This document shows positions 10,159 through 19,357 of a stretch of DNA of 64,000 nt, in pieces. The translations under genes and the position numbers were made by a program. Each line of letters opens with the position of its first letter. Positions within the stretch are counted from its first letter, which is position 1. The stretch is from Primorskyibacter aestuariivivens. GTDB lineage: Bacteria; Pseudomonadota; Alphaproteobacteria; Rhodobacterales; Rhodobacteraceae. A model generated the notes under the pieces. That model made no database searches. It was not told where the DNA came from and worked only from the letters and a program-made list of their open reading frames with translations. The stretch is taken from assembly GCF_028023675.1 (NCBI RefSeq), contig NZ_JAQIOZ010000005.1:124282-188281 (forward strand), given 5' to 3'.

Positions 10159-11262
10159 TCAACCCGGGCGCCCACGGGCGATGATCCGCGCCACCACCGG
10201 CGCGCCGACGATCACGATGACGATGCGCGTCAGATGGTGGGTGATCACGAACCCAAGGTCCGCCCCGGTGACGATGGCCAGAACGGTCATCTCGGCCTGT
10301 CCGCCCGGCGCGAAGGCAAGGAAGACGGGCACCGGATCGCCCAGGCCCAAGGCGGTCACCAGCCCCGTGAATCCTGCCGCCAGAGTGGCCAGCACCAGCA
10401 CATAGGCCACGCCTGCCGCCACCACGCGCGTGACTTCTTTCCATGTCACGCCCAGAAAATGCACCCCGATTCCGCAGCCGATGAAAAACTGCGCCACGAC
10501 GATGGCCTCGGCCGGTGGGCGCGAATGGATCACGTCGGTGAGCGACAGCGCCGCCGTCACGATCATCGGGCCAAGGATCGACGCGCCGAACAGGCCCAGC
10601 CGCACTCCGCCCTTCCAGCCGACCCAGGCCGCGACGACCATGATCGCCATCTCATGCCATGGCAGGCTTGCCGCGGGATCGCCAATCGGGTTGGTCAGCG
10701 CCGCGCCATAGAACTGGCTCAGGATGAACGGTGCCAGCGTGACGATGATCAGAACCCGCGTCGCATGGATCAGCGACAGCGCGCGTGGATTGCCCCCCGC
10801 TTCGGTGCCGAAAATCACCATGTCCTGCAAGCCACCCGGCATCGCCGCGTAATAAGCGGTGGGCGCGTCGAAGCCCCAGAGCCTGCGGAAAAACGGAACG
10901 CCAACCAGCGCGATAAGCGCGATAAAAACCGGGATCAGCGCCACGGACAGCGCCATACGCGGCAATTCCGCGATAACGTCCGGAGTGATGGACGCGCCCA
11001 CCGCCACCCCAAGGATTGTCCGCGCCGCGACGGACACCTGCCCGAATCCGGTGATCGGCAGATGCGCCAGCGCAGCGGCCAGACAGAAGGCCATTGGACC
11101 AAACAGGAAGGGTAATGGCAGGCCAAGCACCCAAAACAGCCCTCCCCCGGCGCTTGCCAGAAGAAACGTCAGGCCACGGCGGACCAAGGTCGTTTCAGGA
11201 ACAGATACGCGCAAACCCGCCTCCCACGTGTCTTGACGCTTTAGGTCTACGATTGTATCCAT
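10159..11262 (-). CDS. AbrB-family (PF05145-type, putative ammonia monooxygenase-like) duplicated membrane protein
   Basis: ~367 aa polytopic membrane protein with internal duplication; start at ATG 11262 (MDTIVDLK) preferred over the track's upstream start. Confidence 0.7.
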   Translation of the reverse strand: MDTIVDLKRQDTWEAGLRVSVPETTLVRRGLTFLLASAGGGLFWVLGLPLPFLFGPMAFCLAAALAHLPITGFGQVSVAARTILGVAVGASITPDVIAELPRMALSVALIPVFIALIALVGVPFFRRLWGFDAPTAYYAAMPGGLQDMVIFGTEAGGNPRALSLIHATRVLIIVTLAPFILSQFYGAALTNPIGDPAASLPWHEMAIMVVAAWVGWKGGVRLGLFGASILGPMIVTAALSLTDVIHSRPPAEAIVVAQFFIGCGIGVHFLGVTWKEVTRVVAAGVAYVLVLATLAAGFTGLVTALGLGDPVPVFLAFAPGGQAEMTVLAIVTGADLGFVITHHLTRIVIVIVGAPVVARIIARGRPG

Positions 11263-11271
11263 TTGGATACA
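11254..11271. promoter_or_regulatory. candidate GntR operator: perfect 7-bp inverted repeat TGTATCC-ATTT-GGATACA
   Basis: Located in the divergent promoter region between the AbrB-family gene and the GntR regulator; overlaps the start codon of the AbrB-family gene; GT..AC core typical of GntR/FadR-type operators. Confidence 0.4.
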
Positions 11272-11291
11272 AGATGTTTCCGGAGATCCCC

Positions 11292-11969
11292 ATGACCGCA
11301 GATAATGACAGCACCCCACAGGGGAACGCCGCCTATGCGCGGCTCATGTCAGACCTGCGTGCAGGCAGGTTGCACCCCGGCGACCGGCTGCGCGAAACGG
11401 AACTGGCGGAGCGGTTGGGTATGTCGCGCACGCCGGTGCGCGAAGCGATCCGCCAGATGGAGGCCGACGGTATCGTCACCCATGTGCCGCGTCAGGGGGC
11501 AAGCATCCGCAGGCTGGACTATGCCGAGGTCATGGAGCTCTATGAAATGCGCGCCGTTCTGGAAGGCACCGCCGCGCGTCTGGCCGCGCGCGCCGCGTCG
11601 GATATCGAAATCGTAGAACTCCTAGACATGAACCAACAGCTTGGCGCGCTGGGAAATGTGCCCGAGGCTTTCCAGCTCAATCGCCGGTTTCACAGCGCTC
11701 TTCTGGAAGCGGCGCGCAACCGTTTTCTAACCCGCTCCATTCAGGCGCTGCAAAAATCGCTGCTGATCCTTGGTCCCTCGACATTGACGCAATCCGACCG
11801 CGCCGAGAAGGCCGTCCGCGAACATGCCCGCGTTCTCGACGCGATCAAGGCGCGCGATGGAGCCTGCGCCGAAACCGCCATGCGCGCCCATATCGAGGCG
11901 GCACAGCGGGTCCGTGTGCGCGCCTTGCGGGCGCTGTCGGGCCAGAGCCATGACGGAGACCTGCTGTGA
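11292..11969 (+). CDS. GntR-family transcriptional regulator (FadR/FCD subfamily)
   Basis: N-terminal wHTH (LRETELAERLGMSRTPVREAIRQMEADGIV) plus C-terminal FCD-like helical domain; start at ATG 11292 (MTADND). Confidence 0.85.
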   Translation: MTADNDSTPQGNAAYARLMSDLRAGRLHPGDRLRETELAERLGMSRTPVREAIRQMEADGIVTHVPRQGASIRRLDYAEVMELYEMRAVLEGTAARLAARAASDIEIVELLDMNQQLGALGNVPEAFQLNRRFHSALLEAARNRFLTRSIQALQKSLLILGPSTLTQSDRAEKAVREHARVLDAIKARDGACAETAMRAHIEAAQRVRVRALRALSGQSHDGDLL

Positions 11970-12090
11970 CCGGCCCGACAGCGCTCACATACTGACCGTC
12001 CTCAAAGCCCATGGAACAGACCGTGCTGCCGCCCGCCCCTCTGATACCAAAACCGTAAAAGGCAGGCATCGGCATCCGGGGGCTACGCGT

Positions 12091-12750
12091 TCAGATCGGC
12101 GCGATCAAGTCCTCGCCCCGGGCGCGATTGGAATTCACCTTGGGATCAACCCGGTAAAATTCCAGCACGTCCTCATTGGCCGCCCGCATCAGCGTTGCGG
12201 CCCCTTTACCCTCTTCGCCCAGCCACAAGGCCCAGTCCCTTGGCTCAAGAATGACCGGCATACGGTGATGGATCTGGCGCATCCGGTCATTCGCCCCGGT
12301 CGTCACGATGGCACAGGTCCGGAACGCCTCTTCGCCGCGCGCCCAATCCTGCCAGACTGCCGCAAAGGCCAGCGGCGCGCCGTCAGAGCGGTGGATATAC
12401 CATGGCAGGCGCTTGCCTTCGCCATCCTTGGTCCATTCATAGAACCCCGTCGCCGGGATCAGGCAGCGCCGCTCGCGACAGGCCGCGCGAAACGCCGGTT
12501 TCTCGGCAATCGTCTCGGCCCGGGCATTGATCAGCAGCGGGCCATCGGTGGGCGTTTTGTACCAATGCGGCAGGAACCCCCAGCGCATGGATTGCAGGTG
12601 GCGCTGTCCCTCACCGGCCCGGATCACATGGATCTGTGTGGTGGGGCAGACATTGTAATTGGGCACATCCGGAAGGTCATTGGCCGGCGTCGCCGCGAAA
12701 AGCTGCGCCATCGCATCGGGGGGCAAGGTGACTGCGAAACGTCCACACAT
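12091..12750 (-). CDS. SOS-response-associated peptidase (SRAP/YedK/HMCES family, DUF159)
   Basis: Begins MCGRF (catalytic Cys2); ~219 aa; conserved SRAP core. Confidence 0.85.
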   Translation of the reverse strand: MCGRFAVTLPPDAMAQLFAATPANDLPDVPNYNVCPTTQIHVIRAGEGQRHLQSMRWGFLPHWYKTPTDGPLLINARAETIAEKPAFRAACRERRCLIPATGFYEWTKDGEGKRLPWYIHRSDGAPLAFAAVWQDWARGEEAFRTCAIVTTGANDRMRQIHHRMPVILEPRDWALWLGEEGKGAATLMRAANEDVLEFYRVDPKVNSNRARGEDLIAPI

Positions 12751-12754
12751 GCCC

Positions 12755-13951
12755 CTAGCGTAGGAAGGACGAATAAAGAAGCAAGCCCCATCCCGTCAGA
12801 TCGCGCGTCGCTGGGGTCCAGAGCGCGGCAAAGCGGTCCCCGTCCATACCGTTGGCCCCGGCGATCTCACGCAAGCTGTTCTTGCCCGTGACCCGCCCCA
12901 GAAGCGGTGCCGCCTCACGCGGGAGACGCAGCGGGATCGTCTCGCCCCCTTGTTTGACCGGGATCGGTCGGCCCTCTGCCACCGCTTTGGCCAATGCCGC
13001 CGGGGCCACGCCAATGAGATGCGGCACGAGGTCCGGGTTCCGGGGATCGGCGATGCGCCCCCGCTCTTCTCCCTCGGCCACAGCATAGGCAATGTGCACC
13101 CGGATCGTGCCACAAAGCTTTTCCGCCAGCGCCATGCGCGTCACGGGGTCCATATCTTTTGGCACATCGGCAAAGCGCGACGGATCATACATCAGCGGCG
13201 TGGTGAAAGAGGACAGCGCCCAGCCCGTGCGCTCCAGCACCTCCACCAGCGATGCCACGTCATAGGCCCGATCCTGCCCGTGCAGCAGCAGGTCATAGAA
13301 CCCCGCATCCGAAGCGCGATGATCGCCCAAATGCGGGTTGCGCTTGAACGGGTGCCCCTCTGGCAGCTTTTCAAAGGCCGCCTTGGCCGATTTGAGCCGT
13401 TTCTTCGCGGGCAGATCGGCAAAGAGCGCGCCAAACGCCTCTTGCAACGGATAGACACCCGAGCGGCCATACGGGGCATAGACCATGAAGCCCAGCCCAC
13501 CGCCCGGGGCCAGCGCCGCGCGCAGCGCGCGAAACCCGGCATCTGGGTCCGGCAGGTGGTGCAGCACGCCGCAACAGTCGATGTAATCGAATTGCCCATA
13601 CTCGGCCGCATCCAGCAGGGAGCCGGTGTGAAAGGAAATCTCCGTCAGCCCCCGCACCCGGGCCCGTGCCTCGGCCACCGCGCGCGAGGCTTCGGACAGA
13701 TCGACATAGGTGATCTCATGCGGTTTGCCGGTCAGCTTCAGGTAATGGCCCAACTGGATCAACCCATCCCCTGTACCACCGCCCGCCACCAAGACGCGCA
13801 GCGGCTGCGACCAGTCCCGCGCCCCCCCGAACAGGTAATGATCCATCTCCACCGGATGCGAAGGCGAACCGGTGATCAAACGCGTGCGCTCATCCTCGGG
13901 GTCGCGTTCGGGATAGGGGAAGGCTTCGTATTGTTGCTTGACCGAGACCAT
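12755..13951 (-). CDS. class I SAM-dependent methyltransferase
   Basis: Rossmann SAM motif VLVAGGGTGDG..D.IDCCGVLHHLPDP; 4-nt gap to the SRAP gene (same strand). Confidence 0.75.
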   Translation of the reverse strand: MVSVKQQYEAFPYPERDPEDERTRLITGSPSHPVEMDHYLFGGARDWSQPLRVLVAGGGTGDGLIQLGHYLKLTGKPHEITYVDLSEASRAVAEARARVRGLTEISFHTGSLLDAAEYGQFDYIDCCGVLHHLPDPDAGFRALRAALAPGGGLGFMVYAPYGRSGVYPLQEAFGALFADLPAKKRLKSAKAAFEKLPEGHPFKRNPHLGDHRASDAGFYDLLLHGQDRAYDVASLVEVLERTGWALSSFTTPLMYDPSRFADVPKDMDPVTRMALAEKLCGTIRVHIAYAVAEGEERGRIADPRNPDLVPHLIGVAPAALAKAVAEGRPIPVKQGGETIPLRLPREAAPLLGRVTGKNSLREIAGANGMDGDRFAALWTPATRDLTGWGLLLYSSFLR

Positions 13952-13999
13952 CGTCTTTCCCCGCTTGCTCCTGTCCCGGGTTTGCCCCAGTCTTTGGCC

Positions 14000-14581
14000 A
14001 TGACACAAGACCCCTTGGAACCGGTTCCATTAGAACCGGCCCCGATCTGCCTGCCCTATTTCACCGGCGCGGGGCACACGGCGCGGCTGGCACAGGGCAT
14101 CGCCGCGGGCATCGGCGCGCCGAGATTGATCGACGTGACAGAGATGACATCCGAGGACTGGGACGCGCTGGATGCAGCGCCCGCGATTGTCTTTGGCGCG
14201 CCCACCTACATGGGATCCACCGCCGCGCGCTTCGACATGTTTCTCGAAGACGCGGCATCGCGCTGGGACAGCCATGGCTGGACCGACAAGATCGCCGCGG
14301 GCTTTACCGTGGCCACCCATGGATCGGGGGACAAGCTGGCAGCGCTGCAGCGCATGGCGGTCTATTCCGCGCAGATGGGCATGATCTGGGTCGGACAGGC
14401 CGCCATTGGCGCGCCGGTCAAGCCAAAGCAGGTGGGCATCAACCGTGATGGCAGCTGGCTGGGGCTGATGGCCACATCCTCGCGCGACAAAAGCCGGTTG
14501 ATCGAAGCGCATGATCTGGAAACCGCACGACGCTTTGGCAAGCGCATCGCGGCGGCGGCAGACCGCTGGGGTCAGCGATAA
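14000..14581 (+). CDS. flavodoxin-like fold NAD(P)H-dependent oxidoreductase (WrbA-like)
   Basis: Only the last third of track ORF 12950..14581 is plausible; start at ATG 14000; FGAPTYMGS..flavodoxin-like motifs. Confidence 0.7.
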   Translation: MTQDPLEPVPLEPAPICLPYFTGAGHTARLAQGIAAGIGAPRLIDVTEMTSEDWDALDAAPAIVFGAPTYMGSTAARFDMFLEDAASRWDSHGWTDKIAAGFTVATHGSGDKLAALQRMAVYSAQMGMIWVGQAAIGAPVKPKQVGINRDGSWLGLMATSSRDKSRLIEAHDLETARRFGKRIAAAADRWGQR

Positions 14582-14877
14582 GCCTTGCGGGCCAGTTCGA
14601 TCCGCGCCTCCATCATAGACATGTCCTTGAGAATATCCTGCCGCCGGGTCCGGTCCCCGGTGTCGCGCAGTTCTTCACGCAGTCGGGCCAGTTCCCGGCT
14701 CAGGCTGACAAACTCCGGCACGCCGCCATTCTCCTTGACCAACCGATTGAGCAGCGCGTTTTCCGGATCATCCTCGGGTGGCAGGGGTTTGCCCGCGCCC
14801 GGCAGGTTGTCGAACGCGCCCGCCTCTTCCGCCTCGCGGATGCGCGCATTGATCAGGTCGATGAGCGGATGGTCCAT
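14572..14877 (-). CDS. DUF1992 (DnaJ-homolog subfamily C28-like) protein
   Basis: ~100 aa; MDHPLIDLINARIREAEEAGAFDNLPGAGKPL pattern. Confidence 0.6.
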   Translation of the reverse strand: MDHPLIDLINARIREAEEAGAFDNLPGAGKPLPPEDDPENALLNRLVKENGGVPEFVSLSRELARLREELRDTGDRTRRQDILKDMSMMEARIELARKAYR

Positions 14878-14987
14878 GCCCCAAGAGTGACCCAGCCTGC
14901 CCGGCACCGCAAGACCCGCGCGACTTGCGCCAGATCAAACCCCACCCGTCTCAACGGCGCTAGACTACCGTCCTTTCCAAGGGAGGA

Positions 14988-15764
14988 GTGACCATGACAC
15001 GCAGACACCTGTCATATTTCGCCAGCCTTGCGCTGGCCCTGTGCCTTACCCTGTTGCCGTTTTCTGCCCAAGCCGAAACCCCGATGGGATCGGTCATCGA
15101 AAGCCGCCTACTGGTCGGGATCAAAACCGACGCTGACGCGGTGACTGACATGATGCCCGCGGGTTGGGTGGCGATCCCCTATCCCAAGGGGCCAATGACC
15201 GGGTCCAACGCGATCCTTGCGCTGCTGGATGCGCATCTGGTGCTGGACACCGAAGGCAAACCCGCAGATCCCGCCACCCGGACCACCGCCGCCATTCTCG
15301 GCCTTGGCAAGGAAACGGGCGGCAAGGGCATCCGGCAATTCGTGCTTGTGGTCTATACAGATGATCCCGACGCCAACCCTTATGGCAATACCATCACCGC
15401 ACAGGTGCAGCGCGAGCGCGGCCTGAGTGGCACCAGCGGCACGGCGCGCAGTGCCTCCGAGAGTTGGACGGTGAGCGAAGGCGACACTGCGCTGACCCTG
15501 TCGCTCAGTTACGAAATGGGCACACCCGGCTGGAGCCTGGGCAAATCGGCGGCCTTTTCTGCCGCTGATCCGGATTTCGCCGTCTCTCAGACCTATCAAC
15601 AGCTTGCAGAGCTTGTCTCCAGTGAGGCCCTCGGCAAGCCGTTGAATGGAGAGCTGTCTTATTCCAGCAATCTCAAGGGCTTGTCGCCGCTTCTCAACGG
15701 GAGCGAAGAGGTTCAGGCCATCGTCAGCATTCCGATGTATATCCGGGATGTGTTCCATCCCTGA
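14988..15764 (+). CDS. exported hypothetical protein
   Basis: Signal peptide ..LALCLTLLPFSAQA; no recognisable domain. Confidence 0.6.
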   Translation: MTMTRRHLSYFASLALALCLTLLPFSAQAETPMGSVIESRLLVGIKTDADAVTDMMPAGWVAIPYPKGPMTGSNAILALLDAHLVLDTEGKPADPATRTTAAILGLGKETGGKGIRQFVLVVYTDDPDANPYGNTITAQVQRERGLSGTSGTARSASESWTVSEGDTALTLSLSYEMGTPGWSLGKSAAFSAADPDFAVSQTYQQLAELVSSEALGKPLNGELSYSSNLKGLSPLLNGSEEVQAIVSIPMYIRDVFHP

Positions 15765-15823
15765 ACCAGGAAAGAGAATGGCCCCCGGAAGTCCGGGGGC
15801 CTGACCACAGGGTGAACCCGGAA

Positions 15824-17383
15824 TTATTTCATCGTGATACGACCGTCCGTATAGGGCTGGTAAGGCGCGTTTTCGGCCAGATACTCCGCCGTCACATCGG
15901 CAAGGTCCGGGCCGTAGTCATAGGCGTTCATCGCATCGCGGAACATCTTGTAACCGTCCCCGCCATTGCGCACGAAGTTGTTGGACACCACGCCATAGAC
16001 ACGGTCCATTTCCACCGGCGCGCCACCAACCATCACGCCGGAGACGCGGCTGCCCGGCTCTGCGGCGGGATCAACAACAAAGCTCATCCCCGCCACCTGC
16101 GGAAAGCGGCCGCCGCCCTCTTCGATTTCGCTTACACCGTTTTCCAGCGCCGCAACCAGCGTTTCACCGGTCACCTGGAAGGTGGCCAGCGTGTTCTGGA
16201 ACGGCAGCACGGTCAGCACCTCGCCCATGGTCACGTCACCCGCATCAATGGATGCGCGCAACCCGCCGCCATTGGCAATCGCCACTTCGATGCCCTGGTC
16301 CCTGACCCGTGCAAGCATGGCATCGGCCACCAGATTGCCCATCGGGCATTCCACCGCGCGACAGACCGAACGGTCGCCCTCGATCGCCTCGGCGGCGCTG
16401 GCCACCACCTTGTTGCGAATCTCGTCCAGCGGTTTGGCCGCTTCCTTGATGCGCGCCGCCACCTCTTCATTGGCCAGGATCGCCGCATCCACCAGAAGCG
16501 GATCGCCGGTGGCCTCGGTCACGTTGCCCGCATCGTCAAAGGTGACATTCAACTCGCCCAAGTATTTGCCATAGGCATAGGCCTGCACGATCTGCACGCC
16601 ATTGACCACCGTCGGGTAAGGCCCGTCAGCATTGTCGTCATTATTGGCGAGATAGGTGTTGGAATGCCCACCCACGATCACGTCAACGCCGGTGGTGTTC
16701 GCGGCAACCCGCTGATCCACGGCATAGCCCGAATGGCTGAGCACGATGATCTTGTTCACGCCCATCTCTGTCAGCGCGTCAACCTCGGCCTGCACCGCGT
16801 CGGACGGATCGGTAAAGATGATGTTGGGGCCGGGGCTGGCCAGCTCATCGGTGTTCTGAGGGGTCAGACCGATCAGCCCGATCTTTTCGCCGCCCTGTTC
16901 GATCACGGTGCTTTTCTTCAGCACATCGGCCAAAAGCGGCTCGCGGCTCACATCGGCGTTCGACATCAGGACCGGGAATTCCACCGCATCCATGAACCCG
17001 CGCAGCACTTCGGGGCCGTCATCAAACTCATGGTTGCCCACGGTCATCGCCGTGTAACCCATGAGGTTCATCATCTCGGCGGCCAGCTTGCCCTTGTAAT
17101 AGGTGTAGAACAGCGTGCCCTGGAACTGGTCACCGCCATCCACGAGGATCCAGTTGTTCGAGCGCTTTTTGGCCTCGTTCACCGCCGTGACCAGACGCGC
17201 GGAACCACCAAAGCATTTGCCCGCGGCATCATCCTCGACCGAGCAGCCGCTGTCATATTTGCTGATCGGCTCGAAACGGGCGTGGAAATCGTTGGTATGA
17301 AGAATTGTCAGCGAATAATCGGCGCTGGCCACGCTTGTGGAAAGTGCAAGGGCAGCCGCGCTTGTCAAAAGGCGAACAGACAT
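15824..17383 (-). CDS. periplasmic bifunctional 5'-nucleotidase/UDP-sugar hydrolase (UshA-like metallophosphoesterase)
   Basis: Signal peptide MSVRLLTSAAALALSTSVASA; metallophosphatase motifs ..GNHEFD..; C-terminal 5'-nucleotidase domain; start at ATG 17383 rather than the track's upstream extension. Confidence 0.85.
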   Translation of the reverse strand: MSVRLLTSAAALALSTSVASADYSLTILHTNDFHARFEPISKYDSGCSVEDDAAGKCFGGSARLVTAVNEAKKRSNNWILVDGGDQFQGTLFYTYYKGKLAAEMMNLMGYTAMTVGNHEFDDGPEVLRGFMDAVEFPVLMSNADVSREPLLADVLKKSTVIEQGGEKIGLIGLTPQNTDELASPGPNIIFTDPSDAVQAEVDALTEMGVNKIIVLSHSGYAVDQRVAANTTGVDVIVGGHSNTYLANNDDNADGPYPTVVNGVQIVQAYAYGKYLGELNVTFDDAGNVTEATGDPLLVDAAILANEEVAARIKEAAKPLDEIRNKVVASAAEAIEGDRSVCRAVECPMGNLVADAMLARVRDQGIEVAIANGGGLRASIDAGDVTMGEVLTVLPFQNTLATFQVTGETLVAALENGVSEIEEGGGRFPQVAGMSFVVDPAAEPGSRVSGVMVGGAPVEMDRVYGVVSNNFVRNGGDGYKMFRDAMNAYDYGPDLADVTAEYLAENAPYQPYTDGRITMK

Positions 17384-17569
17384 TCTTAGTCCTCTCTGTC
17401 GGTTGTTATGGTGCAGATGCTGCAACGGGTTCGGGCACGAGTCAAAGATTACCCGAGGAGAAGTCCACCAGACGGCAGCGCATCGCCTGCCGATTAACCG
17501 CGCCGTGCAACAGGAGCGTGACAGAGCATTGGGCTTGACCATGGGCGGTTCAGGCGGCAACAAGCGCCC

Positions 17570-17908
17570 ATGCTGATTTACAAGATAATGCGCGCCAATG
17601 AATGGGCAGCGCTGAAGCTCAAGGGCGAAACCGCGGGCGCGCCGGTGGATGTGGCCGACGGGTACATCCACTTTTCCACCGCTGAGCAAGCCCGCGAAAC
17701 CGCCGCAAAGCACTTTGCCGGCGAAGTCGGGCTGTTTCTTGCCGAACTGGACACCGACCGCATGGGTGATGCGCTCAAATGGGAAGTGTCCCGGGGCGGG
17801 GCGGAGTTTCCACATTACTACGGCCCTCTGACACTGGCACATGTCACATGGTGCCAACCGCTGCCGCTTGGTCCGGACGGACATGTATTTCCGGAGAATT
17901 TCGGATGA
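17570..17908 (+). CDS. DUF952 family protein
   Basis: 112 aa; [38 protein letters not shown] pattern; typical pyrD neighbour. Confidence 0.7.
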   Translation: MLIYKIMRANEWAALKLKGETAGAPVDVADGYIHFSTAEQARETAAKHFAGEVGLFLAELDTDRMGDALKWEVSRGGAEFPHYYGPLTLAHVTWCQPLPLGPDGHVFPENFG

Positions 17909-18963
17909 ATTTTCTGGAAAAGATCGGGCTCAGCGCACTTTACCGGACCGACCCCGAAACCGCCCATGGGCTGGCGATCAAGGCGCTGCAACTTGGTGTG
18001 GCTCCGTCGCCGGGGCTTCTGACTTCTGAGCGGCTGCGCACCGAGGTCGCCGGGCTGCGCTTGCCCAATCCGGTCGGGCTGGCCGCCGGGTTTGACAAGA
18101 ATGCCACCGCACTTCTTGGCCTTTCCCGGGCGGGATTCGGCTTTATCGAGGTGGGGGCCGCCACGCCCCTACCCCAGCCGGGCAACCCCAAGCCGCGCCT
18201 GTTCCGGCTGACCGAGGACCGCGCGGCGATCAACCGCTTCGGGTTCAACAATGACGGGATGGAGGCCATTGCAGACCGGCTGAAAACCCGGCCCCGTGAC
18301 GCGGTGATCGGGCTGAACCTCGGTGCCAACAAGACAAGCGAAGACCGCGCCGCCGATTTCGCCCGCGTGCTGGCCCATTGTGGTCCTTTCGTCGATTTCG
18401 CCACGGTGAATGTGTCCTCGCCCAATACCGAGAAGCTGCGCGATCTTCAGGGGCGCGATGCGCTCATGGCGCTGCTGGGTGGTGTGATGGAGGCACGTGC
18501 GGGTCTGGACCGGGAGATCCCGGTTTTCCTCAAGATCGCTCCCGATCTGGACGATGCAGCTCTGGCCGAGATTGCCGAGGTTTCGGGCACCGTGGGGATA
18601 AGTGGAATTATAGCCACGAACACAACGCTTTCCCGCGACGGCTTGACGTCGGAACACAAGGGGCAACAGGGCGGGCTGTCCGGCGCGCCGCTGTTTGAGC
18701 CTTCAACCCGTGTGCTCGCCCGCCTCTACGATCTGACCGGTGGTGACATGCCCCTGATCGGGGTTGGCGGGATCGGATCGGCCGAACAGGCCTATGCCAA
18801 GATCCGCGCGGGTGCGTCGGCGGTACAACTCTACACCGCGATGGTGTTTGGCGGCCTTTCGCTCGTGCAGGAGATCGTGACCGGGCTCGACAAATTGCTG
18901 GCGCGGGACGGGTTTGAAACCGTGTCGGACGCGGTCGGAAAAAGCGTGAAAGACTGGATATAA
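17905..18963 (+). CDS. pyrD: dihydroorotate dehydrogenase (quinone), class 2
   Basis: [44 protein letters not shown]..; start ATG 17905 overlaps the DUF952 stop. Confidence 0.9.
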   Translation: MNFLEKIGLSALYRTDPETAHGLAIKALQLGVAPSPGLLTSERLRTEVAGLRLPNPVGLAAGFDKNATALLGLSRAGFGFIEVGAATPLPQPGNPKPRLFRLTEDRAAINRFGFNNDGMEAIADRLKTRPRDAVIGLNLGANKTSEDRAADFARVLAHCGPFVDFATVNVSSPNTEKLRDLQGRDALMALLGGVMEARAGLDREIPVFLKIAPDLDDAALAEIAEVSGTVGISGIIATNTTLSRDGLTSEHKGQQGGLSGAPLFEPSTRVLARLYDLTGGDMPLIGVGGIGSAEQAYAKIRAGASAVQLYTAMVFGGLSLVQEIVTGLDKLLARDGFETVSDAVGKSVKDWI

Positions 18964-19357
18964 CGCGCTGATTCAAAAAGGCTTCGCGCGGTTGATGGGG
19001 GAATTTCCCGAGTCATTCCAACCACATGCATCTTAGCCATTGCCACAGCGGTCAGCGGTTTTTGCCCAAATGCACATGCAGCCGGAAATGACCCAAAGTC
19101 ATCCTGTGGGTAACGTTCGCTAATCTTCGGAATCTTGAAGTATTGCGGGATCGCTGAGGATAACTCGCTGCAAAATGTCTGAAAGAGACAATCCAGACAA
19201 ACCTTTTCATGCCGTCCGAACAGCCATGCCTCGATGGTCGGAAGGGCAGAACCGCAGGCAATCAAATCGCATCAATATTCAGATGCAAATATCTGATACT
19301 TTGCAGGCTATCGACTTATTCACAGGTTTGCACACAGCCTGAGATGCCATTTCGTGG

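Noticed and set aside
14012-14045. GGAACCGGTTCC palindrome / GAAC-containing repeats resembling a LexA or operator site.
   Set aside because: Lies inside the flavodoxin-like coding sequence (encodes PLEPVPLEPAP), and the spacing does not fit the alphaproteobacterial GTTC-N7-GTTC SOS box.
12950-14581. 543-aa plus-strand ORF.
   Set aside because: The first two-thirds are antisense to the SAM-methyltransferase gene with Arg/Gly-rich junk composition. Only 14000-14581 (flavodoxin-like) is credible.
15812-17389. 525-aa plus-strand ORF.
   Set aside because: Antisense to the well-supported 5'-nucleotidase gene.
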